Shown: positions 47,530 through 57,400 of the stretch, in pieces
Numbering within the stretch: the first letter of the stretch is position 1
How the letters are laid out: each line of letters begins with the position of its first letter
From: an uncultured Rickettsiales bacterium
GTDB lineage: Bacteria > Pseudomonadota > Alphaproteobacteria > Rickettsiales > UBA1997
Direction of reading: 5' to 3'
Assembly (NCBI GenBank): GCA_944391075.1
Contig: CALXSG010000002.1
Coordinates: forward strand, 27,869 to 91,868
Length of the DNA stretch: 64,000 bases
Made by a program: the position numbers and the translations under genes
The notes under the pieces: generated by a model
Told to the model about the DNA's origin: nothing
The model's input: only the letters and a program-made list of their open reading frames with translations
The model's database searches: none

Positions 47530-47626
47530 AATTTAAAAAATAAATATAAAAATATTTATTCTAGTATAGTAAAAAATTTATGGAAGTATAAATTTAGTAT
47601 TTTTGTATTTATAATTTAAATTTTCT
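47530..47626 (+). repeat. 96-bp direct repeat, copy 2
   Basis: Differs from copy 1 by one extra A and one G/A change. The copies bracket a 132-bp unique segment. Confidence 0.9.
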
Positions 47627-48035
47627 CAACTCCCTGCAATTTTGTTGCTTTCGCCTTTATAAATGAAGGTAAGGAAAAAAGAATTTCGTCGCTCTCCCTT
47701 ACGAAGGGAAGTAAAGAGAAGAGGGTTTTGTCGTTCCCAATTATAAATGGGGCAAAGGATGGTGAATTCTTTTTTTGTAAAAGGATGAACTACTGGTTAT
47801 TTGTGGATTGCCACAGGCCTTCGGCCTTTGCAATGACGAAGGGGCAAGCGATGGTGAATTCTTTTATTTTTCTATGAATAAATAAGGAAGTAGTGGTTTA
47901 TGGATTGCTTCGCTTCGCTCGCAATGACGAAGGGGTGGGTGTGTTTATGGATTGCTTCACTTCGCTCGCAATGACAAGTGGATGAAGGGTAGTGAATTTT
48001 TTTATTTTTTCTATGAATGAATAAGGAAGTAGTGG

Positions 48036-48123
48036 TTTGTGGATTGCTTCGTCGTTTCACTCCTCGCAATGACAGCACACACAAACTCGTCATTGCGAGA
48101 GTTGCTTGCAACTCGTGGCAATC
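48036..48123. mobile_element. Palindromic element A (right end truncated)
   Basis: TTTGTGGATTGCTTCGTCGTTTCACTCCTCGCAATGAC-agcacacacaaactc-GTCATTGCGAGAGTTGCTTGCAACTCGTGGCAATC. Confidence 0.6.
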
Positions 48124-48260
48124 TCAGTATGGGATACAATTAATCATTCATGGAATTTTTTTTCTTTTCTGTTTTTGTATTGACTATTAGTGATTTGTGG
48201 GGGATTTGCCTCCCTTTGTAAGGGGGGAAGTTGCGAAGCAACAGGGGGGTTGAGAGAGAA

Positions 48261-48284
48261 ATTGAAAATTGAAAATTGAAAATT
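48261..48284 (+). repeat. ATTGAAA heptamer tandem tract (one of five)
   Basis: 3-4 tandem copies of the heptamer ATTGAAA. Similar tracts lie at 48442-48464, 48543-48572, about 48798-48820 and 48899-48928, flanking the conserved module of each macro-repeat. Confidence 0.8.
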
Positions 48285-48347
48285 AGTTTTTTAATTTGAT
48301 AAATAATAGTAAATTCTTTTTCTTTTTTGTTTTCGCATTAACTTTTT

Positions 48348-48441
48348 GTGGTTTATGGATTGCTTCGTCGTTTCACTCCTCGCAATGACAGTACCCCCAA
48401 GCCTGTCATTGCGAAGGCCGAAGGCCTGTGGCAATCCATAA
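48348..48441. mobile_element. Palindromic element B (complete)
   Basis: TTATGGATTGC..CGCAATGAC / GTCATTGCG..GCAATCCATAA arms, with an AGGCCGAAGGCCT inner hairpin in the right arm. Confidence 0.65.
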
Positions 48442-48706
48442 GAAATTAAAATTGAAAATTGAAGCACAAAGTGGGAAAATGATATGCTTGCATAATCATT
48501 TTAGCTTGTCGTCCCACGAAGTGCGAAACGAACAAAGCATAAGAAATTGAAAATTAAAAATTGAAAATTAATATTTCATCAAAAATTAGTTCTTTAATTT
48601 GATAAATAATAGTAAATTCTTTTTCTTTTCTGTGAATGAATAAATATTAGTGGTTTATGGATTGCTTCGCTTCGCTCGCAATGACAAAGGGGTGGTGGTT
48701 TGTGGT

Positions 48707-48797
48707 TTATGGATTGCTTCGTCACCTTGCTTCTCGCAATGACAGTACCCCAACACCGTCATTGCGAGAGTTGCTTGCAACTCGTGGCAATCCATAA
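48707..48797. mobile_element. Palindromic element C (complete)
   Basis: Same termini as element B. The left inner segment differs (TCACCTTGCTTC). The right arm carries GAGTTGCTTGCAACTC. Confidence 0.65.
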
Positions 48798-49106
48798 GAA
48801 ATTAAAATTGAAAATTGAAGCACAAAGTGGGAAAATGATAAGCTTGCATAATCATTTTAGCTTGTCGTCCCACGAAGTGCGAAACGAACGAAGCATAAGA
48901 AATTGAAAATTGAAAATTGAAAATTAATATTTCATCAAAAATTAGTTCTTTAATTTGATAAATAATAGTAAATTCTTTTTCTTTTCTGTGAATGAATAAA
49001 TATTAGTGGTTTATGGATTGCTTCGCTTCGCTCGCAATGACGAAGGGGTGGTGGTTTGTGGTTTATGGATTGCTTTTTGCTTGCAAAAATAAGGGGGCGA
49101 GTGGTG

Positions 49107-49193
49107 TTTGTGGATTACTTCGTCACCTTGCTTCTCGCAATGGCGGTATCCCTACATTGTCATTGTAAAATCAAAGGTTCTGGCAATCTATAA
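49107..49193. mobile_element. Palindromic element D (degenerate)
   Basis: TTTGTGGATTACTTCGTCACCTTGCTTCTCGCAATGGC...GTCATTGTAAAATCAAAGGTTCTGGCAATCTATAA; decayed copy. Confidence 0.5.
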
Positions 49194-49339
49194 AAATTAG
49201 AAATAAAAAATAAATTTTGTACTTCCATAATTATTTTATTGATATATAATAAAAATTTTTTATAGAAATATTTAAATTTTGCCCTTAAAAATAAAAAAAA
49301 TGTTAAAAAATTATGAAATTTATTTATATTTGAAGAATA

Positions 49340-49435
49340 AAAACAAAAAGGGGTTTTAAGCCCCCTTTTCGGATCAAGTCTCGTTATTATGCAGAAATAA
49401 TTCTAGAGTTTATTTCATTAACTACCACTACAATC
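49340..49435 (-). ncRNA. Candidate ~95-nt small RNA defined by a promoter-like site and an orphan intrinsic terminator
   Basis: On the minus strand: TTGATT (49469-49464), 16 nt spacer, TAAAAT (49447-49442). Further downstream, hairpin GGGGGCTTAAAACCCC (49346-49369) followed by TTTTTGTTTTT. No ORF is associated. Confidence 0.3.
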
Positions 49436-49577
49436 ACTTTGATTTTAATGTATAGTTTTTAATAATCAACTATTTATATATATTTTTTTAAATATACAAC
49501 CTATTTATTATTATATATAAAAAACAAAATTTTAATTATTTTAAATAATATATTGATTTTTAAGATTTTATAAAGTG

Positions 49578-49606
49578 TTGACAAATGCCAAAAAATATGA
49601 TACAAT
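49578..49606 (+). promoter_or_regulatory. Consensus-like sigma70 promoter of the HAD::MDH gene
   Basis: TTGACA (49578-49583), exactly 17 nt spacer, TACAAT (49601-49606). It lies inside the 5' end of the listed ORF, so the GTG at 49575 is unlikely to be the start. Confidence 0.6.
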
Positions 49607-49631
49607 ATGTGTAGGTTTTGAGAAACATGGT

Positions 49632-51434
49632 ATGTTTATGGCAAAAAATAATAAATTATTTCAACAAAAACCAAAAATGGTTTTATTCGATCTTGGAAGT
49701 ATGATTCTTGATTATAAAAGAGTTAATTTAGATACTATTAATCAAATTTTATCGGATTATAATACATCAATTTTATTGGATGCTAAAAAATATAAAAATA
49801 GTTATAAACTTAAAAAAAGCCTTAAACAGATATATGAAAAAGAAGATGCAAAAATATTACTAAACAATATTAAAAAATTACCATTACTTAATGATAATAT
49901 ATTTAAAACACTTGAATATTGTAGAAAAGAAGGCATTAAAACTGCTATTGTTGGAAAAAAAGATAATAAGGCAACTAAACAATTTTTAGACGCATTAAAT
50001 TTAACAAAATATTTTGATGATATACTTGTACCTCAAAATAATAAGAATGTAGATGATAAAGTTTTATCTTCTTATTTAAAACAAAATAATATAGATACAA
50101 AGAAAGATACTGTATTATTTATGGGAGACAATTTCAATGTGGTTAAAAATTCTTTTAGAACAGGTTGTATTCCTGTAATTTATAAAAAAACTGCAAAAAA
50201 GAAAAATTTATGGAAGTATATGAAGAGACTGTCTAAAATGAGATCTCTTCAAACAATTAGATATGTTAATAGTCAAAATGATTTTATTAAATTGATGCAA
50301 AAATCAAAAAAGGCACGTTTAGATAAAAAAGTAACAAAAATCACATATATTGGTGGCAGTGGTAAAATAGGTAAAAGCGCTATAAATATGATTTGTTCAC
50401 AAGTGCCTAATGGCAAAAAGGTTGAATTAGTTTTAATTGGTTCTGGCGATCCTGAGAGTTTAACTAGATTAGAAGGACTTATTAAAGATGTAAAAGGTGG
50501 CTTAGAATTATTAGGCAGAAAATCAAAAATTAAATTTACAATTACAAATGATTATTCGAAAACCGAGGGTTCAAAAGTTGCTATATGTTCAGCTGGAAAA
50601 TGGCCTACACCAGAGCAAAAAGCAATATTTAAAAAGAGAGATCCTAGTGGTAGATCACCACAATCTATTGTAAATGCTGATATGATTGCAAGTATTTCAA
50701 AAAATTTAAATAAATATTGTCCAGATGCATTATATTTAATGGTTACAAATCAAGTTGATACAATGTGTCATATTGCTAGACAAACAGCCCCTAATATGAA
50801 AAATATTCTTGGTTTGAGCGGTGCTGTTGATTCGTCTAGATTAAGACAAAGCATAAGAGATACAATGAATATAGATGGTGCAAAAGGTTATATGATAGGT
50901 GCACATAATGACAATATGTTGCCAATAATTCAAAGTATTAAAACAAAAAATAACAAGAAAATATTTGCATCATTAATTAAAAATATAAAAAGTAAAAAAA
51001 CACATTTAATAGATCAAGAATTTCAATCATTAGAACAACAAAACTTTGAAACAGTACTATCAGCAACTAGAAAAATGGGTAAATTAATTTCTGACGAACA
51101 AAAAGCTGGTTTAAAAAATTGTAAAGAAGCAACAGAAGCTACATTGTTACCAGCTACTGCTATTACAAGAGTTGTAAATAGCTATTGTTTTGGTAAAGAT
51201 AAACATATTGAAAGTTATAATACAATTATATTAGATCCAAAAGTTGCAAGTCATTATGGTGTAACTCCTGGTACTGAAATAAGTATTCCACTATCAATCA
51301 AAAAGGGAAAAATACAACAAAAAGCAAATATTCCTTTATTGCAAACAGAAAAATTGGCTATAAAAAGAATATTGCAAAAAAACAGAGAAGATCTCAATAT
51401 AGTTCTTAATGAAAATAAAGGCTTAAGTTTATAA
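49632..51434 (+). CDS. Fusion protein: degenerate HAD-phosphatase-like domain plus divergent LDH-type malate dehydrogenase-like domain
   Basis: HAD part: 'MVLFDLGSMIL' (DxD reduced to DxG) and 'VLFMGDNFNVV'. MDH part: 'ITYIGGSGKIGKS', 'TNDYSKTEGSKVAICSAGK', 'MVTNQVDTM', 'AVDSSRLR' and 'GAHNDNMLP', with a ~12-aa insertion replacing the substrate loop (R-K-P-G-M-S-R). Confidence 0.65.
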   Translation: MFMAKNNKLFQQKPKMVLFDLGSMILDYKRVNLDTINQILSDYNTSILLDAKKYKNSYKLKKSLKQIYEKEDAKILLNNIKKLPLLNDNIFKTLEYCRKEGIKTAIVGKKDNKATKQFLDALNLTKYFDDILVPQNNKNVDDKVLSSYLKQNNIDTKKDTVLFMGDNFNVVKNSFRTGCIPVIYKKTAKKKNLWKYMKRLSKMRSLQTIRYVNSQNDFIKLMQKSKKARLDKKVTKITYIGGSGKIGKSAINMICSQVPNGKKVELVLIGSGDPESLTRLEGLIKDVKGGLELLGRKSKIKFTITNDYSKTEGSKVAICSAGKWPTPEQKAIFKKRDPSGRSPQSIVNADMIASISKNLNKYCPDALYLMVTNQVDTMCHIARQTAPNMKNILGLSGAVDSSRLRQSIRDTMNIDGAKGYMIGAHNDNMLPIIQSIKTKNNKKIFASLIKNIKSKKTHLIDQEFQSLEQQNFETVLSATRKMGKLISDEQKAGLKNCKEATEATLLPATAITRVVNSYCFGKDKHIESYNTIILDPKVASHYGVTPGTEISIPLSIKKGKIQQKANIPLLQTEKLAIKRILQKNREDLNIVLNENKGLSL

Positions 51435-51456
51435 TTACATAATTAATTAATGACAA

Positions 51457-51490
51457 AAATAAATCGCTAATTTAATTAGCGATTTATTTT
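51457..51490. terminator. Bidirectional terminator between the HAD::MDH gene and the giant ORF
   Basis: 14-bp perfect stem AAATAAATCGCTAA/TTAGCGATTTATTT with loop TTTAA; A/T runs on both sides. Confidence 0.7.
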
Positions 51491-51493
51491 TAT

Positions 51494-54400
51494 TTATGAT
51501 GATTCACGAACTTGTTCTGTCTTCTTTACTTTAACATTATCAACAAGTATATTATTTGCTTTTAAATCAAGATCTTTTGTAAAAACTTTAGATAGATCCT
51601 CTGCAAGAAGTTTTGTAGTATCTTTTTTAGATTTTTCACTATCATTATATACTTCATTACCTAATGAAGGTTGAGCTTCTAATAAAGGTTTATTTTCAAC
51701 AAAATTTTTATTTTTATCCATAATATTTTCGTCTTTTTCTTTATGTTTTTGCTTATTTCTTTCAATAACCTTTTTAGACAATAACGATATAAGACCAACC
51801 CCTATAGCTACAACAATACCTATTGGTCCGCCTACAATAAAACCTAAAGCAGCGGAACATGAAGCAGTAGTAGTAATGAATTTTTTATCTTTTTGATCTC
51901 TATGAATTTTTTGCATTTCCTCTTCCATTTCAATCTTAAGCTTTTCTTTTTTCTCCTGCGTTTCTATTTCTTCTTTTTCTTTTTTTTCTTTATCTTTTTT
52001 TCTCTTCTCAGCATCTTTATTTTCCGCTACATATTTTAATTCGTAATTTACTTCTTTTATCGTTTTATTCGCTACATCTTTTATAATATCTTTAAGCTTT
52101 TCAATTGTCTGTTCTTCCTCTTTACACCTTTTAAATTCTCTCATAGACAATTTAATTCTATTTAAATCTTCACCCGTCTCCCCTTTTAAAAATTCAGGAT
52201 AATCTTGAACTGTTTGTCTATAAGTATTTAAAATTTGAAAATTTTCTACTCCAAGTTCTATTATTTCATTAGTTGCTCGCGCAGCCCATATACCACCAGA
52301 AACATTATCATATTGCCTACCATCATTTCTTGAATCAACTATTAAATGTTCTTTATCTTTATCAAGATAACAATCTAAAACCCAATCATCACCTTCCTTT
52401 TTAGTAGTAACTTTTGTAATACTTGTATTTTTTAAAAGTTCCTCTAATTCTTTGTTATCACACTTACTATCATCATATTTTTCTGGTGATAAAGAAATCA
52501 ACATTTTCTTATCTTCTAAATATATATAACTTGGTCCATTTGCTTTATCACTTGTGAAATACTTTGCTTTTTGTGTATCATGACTTTGTAAATATTCTTG
52601 GATAGCTAATAATTGTAATTCATGAAGATTGGTCTTAGATAATTTAATACCAGTATCATCATAGCAATTACACTTATCATAAAAATCACCATCCTTCTTA
52701 AGAATTTCATCTAATTCTTTTATATATTCCATAGTATTCGTTGCATCAGGCGAATTAGCCAAATAATCCTTTTCATATTTTGCACTATTTCTAAAATTTC
52801 GAATTATAGTTCCACTATTTAGACATGTTATTAATTCATTGTTTTTGATAGTAGCTAACATATCAGGATCTGATTGTTCTATAAATAATTCTACTAACTT
52901 ACGTAGTTCTGGATTATTTTCTATATCTTCAAATGGATCATAATTTTTATTTATTAATTGCGACTCACTTTCCTGAATTATTTCATTATCAACATCAGTA
53001 TCAACCTCAACTGGCATATCAAAATCTTTAACATCAACTAAATCTTTATTGTCTGTTATAGTTTTTGTTGTAACTTTTTGAATTCTCTTCAATTTTCTTA
53101 AACCGCCAGCATTACATTTTATCTTAGTTCTTATAGATTGACCCCTAGTTTTAAATTTAATACTTAGATTATCTTTATTTTTTATTAAATTATATATTTG
53201 TGCAGCATCCTTACCAGTTATATCTATGTTATTTTTTGTAGAAGCATCAAAAATTTCCAAATTTTTTATTTTTCTACTATTCTGCATTTGATATATTTGA
53301 TCAGCTAACTCAACACGATCTACAAAATTTTTTAATGAACTATCTTCAAAACCAATATCATTAGATATAATCTCTGCACCATCTGAAGCTATATATACAG
53401 CTATTAATTTATCTGTATCTTTAAAACATTTTACTTTTTTATGTAATTTTTTATAATCTATAAATCCTGGTTTTTTATCATCTTCAACTAAGCCTATTGG
53501 ATTAAAATGCACTCCATCAGGTGTCTTGTAAAAAGTTATTTCTCTTCCATTTATCGTAGTCTTACGACTGGCTGTATTATATTTTATCCGTGATAATACT
53601 TCTTCTGCTTCTTTACTTGGTTTGGAATCTATAGTATTTCTTATATACTGATCAACATTATCAAATGTATGATCATTCAAAGGATTATCATAATTAGTAT
53701 TAAGCCAATGCTCAAAATGTTCATTAGATTCGCCATATCGACATGTTGCTAACACAGGCGCATTTACAGCTTTAAAGTATCTTTCTAAATCTTTATCTCC
53801 TGCTACTAAAAAACTACTATTATCAGCACGCGTAATTCGTATTTTACTTTCATCACCATCTGCTCTTATTTTCTTTAAACGGTTATAAAGTTTTAATTTT
53901 TCAAAAGATTGATAAAAAGAATCAAAAAACCTGTCTTTATCTCCAGCTCGTGCTGCGCTTGCATATAATGGAATTGCAGATGTGGTAATTCCATCTCCAT
54001 TTATAGCATATATTTGCATATTTGGTTTGTCACTATATTTTTGACAAATAACATCTAATATTTCCTTTGTGTTTTTTCCTTTAAATGCAACGTCTTGTAC
54101 AGGCTGGTCACGTCCACCTTGACGAGTAAATAATTGATATTCCTCATTACAATGTTTTGGTTTTATTTTTACACAACCTGTATCATCAACAATTAATGAA
54201 TTTTCTAAAAAACCACCACTGATACCCTGAGCCAACAAAGGATGTGGAGCGCACTCAACTTTTTTTTGTGCGTCTCTCATACTTTTTACATTTGCAGTAT
54301 CATATTTAATTGTTTGATTGCCACAAAGTTTTATTGTATGTTCTCTCGGATCAATTGCATCAGGCACATCTTCACGCCTAAATGTATCATCTACGTTTTG

Positions 54401-57400
54401 TACATTATCTACATATTTATTAAGTGTGTCGTTTAATTCATTTTGTACTATATGATTAAGACATTCTTTAAAAGCAACTAAACTATTAATAGCTACTCTT
54501 TCTTCTACTATTGACCTTCTCGTGTCTTCTTTAACTATATATACATTCTCTCTAGTATTTAATAGTTTAGTATATAGATTTTCCTTTTCATTAATTGCTA
54601 AACGACCCACACCTTCAATACCAAAGAAATAAGTTTGTCCACTTGTCTTATCTTCAATATACAATTGATGACTATCTTCAGTAGTATTTAATTCCAAACC
54701 AGCTTCCTTTAAAGCCTTTTGTAATTCTTCTACATCTTGTTTTTGTTGTTCCTTAATATCTGTTAGTTTTGCACTAATTATATCATAACCTTTATCTGGT
54801 TCTAAAACAGTTGGTTTACCGCCATACACTATTTGTACAGTTTTATTTTCTTCCCTACCTACATTCTTCTTATAACAAATTGCTTTATATAAGTCTTGAT
54901 TATTATTACATGGACTACCATCACTATATTGAACTTGTATAAAGCCTTGTTCTTGCATATCTAATATTGTAGCAAAATTATCAAAATTTTTTTGAAAATT
55001 ATCTCTAGTAATATACTGATTACCATTATCTTGAAATTCATGTGAACATATATAATCTGCATTTTTGTAACGTAATTTAATAGGTTGATAATTTGATAAC
55101 GGATTACCAGTAGTCAAAAAATTAAATTTTTCTTGTAATGTATTAAGTTTATTATTTGTCCACAAACCTTCTATATAACAATCGTCTTTCTGTTCACCAT
55201 TTACCTTAATATATACTTTACCATTCCCATCCATCTGATCAATATCCATATCATTAAATACTTGAACATCTTGAATTGCTAGTTTAAAATCAACTATAAT
55301 TCCTGCATAACGATCATTATCATACATATCATCATATCCATCATCATTGAATGAAGGTAATGTATATGTTATTTCTTCACCTGATTTATGTTTATAAATT
55401 AGTTGAGTCTTTGTATCATCATCATGTTTTGTTTGTTCTATACCATCCTTCAAAAATTTATAAGTATATTCAGATCCAGTGTTATCTTCCTGGCCTTTTG
55501 ACCGATAATCGTCTAAATCATGCAACAAAAAAAACCTCTTATACGCATACTCTATATCTTTTTTTATTATACCTATTCGACCACTTAAAACATTATCATA
55601 AAAGTCAATATCATATGATGCATCTTCATCGAATTGTTGTTCTCTAATTTTACAATTACGCAAATCTTGTGCTTTTAAATTTCGACCTTTGTCATGTATA
55701 TCTTTCGTACAGTTTACTCCATTTTCATCTATAAAATAAAACTTATTACCTGATTCCTCTATAAAACATTGTGAATCATCATCATATGTTGTCAATAACG
55801 CATTCTTAAACGCATCTACTCTTCTTTGTACTTCTTTTGCTCCTAATCTTACCTCTGTCAGTGCATTATCAGTGTGTCTTATTACATTGCTTTTAGTGGA
55901 TATAGTAGATTGTTTTTCTCCAATAAATAATTCAATATCTTGTTTATTTTGTAATGCTGTATGCAATATTTGCTGCACTATTTGATAGCTATTACTTCCA
56001 TTAGTTTTATCAATTCCAATTTCTTCTTCACCAATTTTTATTTTGTCTACATCTGAATTAAATATAGAACTTGCTATATAACAACTTGCAATTTGTTGTT
56101 CATATATCTTAGATAACTCTTTTGCCCCTTGTCCATGTAACCATGTTTTTGGTTCTAATTCATATCTTTTTCCATTAACTTCAAATGCAAAATTTACACT
56201 GCCATCTTCTTTTAAACAATTAGGTAAAATAGTAGATAAATTTTTATTTGTACAATCATCATTAGCTAATACAATCTCACACGAGAAAGCACCATCACCA
56301 CCAAATTTTCTTCCATTATCTGTTTTAATTTGTTGTAAAATAGTACTTGAGCGTATTTGTTGTTTATATGCTTCAAGACCATCTGCTTTGGCATCTTCTT
56401 GCATTGTTTCAATTGCCTTTTGCCATCTTGTTTTTGTATCGTATTGTATTCTTCGCTCTTGCCCATTAACATAATACGACATTGTACAAGGTTCTTGTTC
56501 ATATAACGCTAATAAAAAATTTTCTTTATCTGACTCTCTGTCTTTTACTTTATAAGTAATTTTTCCATGTTTTTTTTCTATATCCGTTGACAACGCATCA
56601 AAACCTGTAACTAGGTGTGCTGACTCAAATGATTTAGCAACCCTATCAACGAACGTTTCACATGGTAATAAATGATCAAATTTTCGTTGTTTTCCTAATA
56701 CTGTACATGTAAAAGATTTCTTATTAAATGCTATATCAAAATACATTTTTCGAATATCTTTTTCTTCTGAAGCTGATGTTATTCCTTGACTACGATCTAC
56801 ACTTATAGTTAAATTATCTTTATCTTGAAAATAATTATGTGATAAAGTCTCTTGAATTTTTCGAACATCAGTACACAAGATATCTGCTGCTGTTGCAAGA
56901 AAATCTTCTTTAGGTTCTCGTATATCAAAACCAATTTGTTTTTGACCAATTTGGACATTACAAGCTTCTCCGCTATTAAAAATATCATCTAATTTAATAT
57001 CTGGTATTCGTTCATGACCATAACGATCTCGTGCCTTCTTCATCATCTCAGCTACTTCACAGTGAAATAAAAATTGTGTCAATTTTTTTTCTTCTTCTTC
57101 TTTTAATTCTTCGTAATTATGAGATTCAACATAAGTCCCAATATGATTTAAATCTATAGTTTCTTTAATTTGCCTTCCTTGATCGTCGTTATATTGTAAT
57201 GCTATCTTTCCTCCATTACTACTAGATACTTGATCAAATCTTTCTCTAAGATTTCTTCGCATTATATCATTATTCCATGCTTCATTATCTTTTATATTTT
57301 GAAAAATATCATTTAATTGCGCATCTTCAAATGAAAAATAATAATTTGTCCAACTAGTACCACTTTCTATAAACTTTGTAAATATATTAAAATACGGAGG

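Larger units (their letters stand above)
47630..49200. repeat. Cluster of nested palindromic (RPE/MITE-like) GC-rich elements
   Basis: At least 10 full or half copies of TTATGGATTGC-[variable hairpin]-CGCAATGAC ... GTCATTGCG-[variable hairpin]-GCAATCCATAA. Inner hairpins include AGGCCGAAGGCCT, GAGTTGCTTGCAACTC, CCCTTACGAAGGG and GTTGCGAAGCAAC. Confidence 0.85.
48282..49200 (+). repeat. Three tandem macro-repeat units (303 bp, 356 bp, then a ~260-bp decayed unit)
   Basis: Each unit starts ATTAGTT(T/C)TTTAATTTGATAAATAATAGTAAATTCTTTTTCTTTT (48282, 48585, 48941). Units 1 and 2 also share GAAGCACAAAGTGGGAAAATGATA(T/A)GCTTGCATAATCATTTTAGCTTGTCGTCCCACGAAGTGCGAAACGAAC(A/G)AAGCATAAG. Confidence 0.85.

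Noticed and set aside
47872-48111. Listed 79-aa ORF on the minus strand, and likewise the 68-aa ORF at 48700-48906 on the plus strand.
   Set aside because: Both are read-throughs of the palindromic repeats, giving peptides such as 'VIASEAKQSIN', 'CHCERSEAIH' and 'SLRGVKRRSNP'. They have no RBS or start context and overlap several repeat copies.
47790-49200. Possible CRISPR array, suggested by the recurring ~35-nt GC-rich units GTGGTTTATGGATTGCTTCG...CGCAATGAC.
   Set aside because: Spacing is irregular and the supposed spacers are themselves repeated. The units occur in both orientations as arms of longer palindromes. No cas genes or leader are present.
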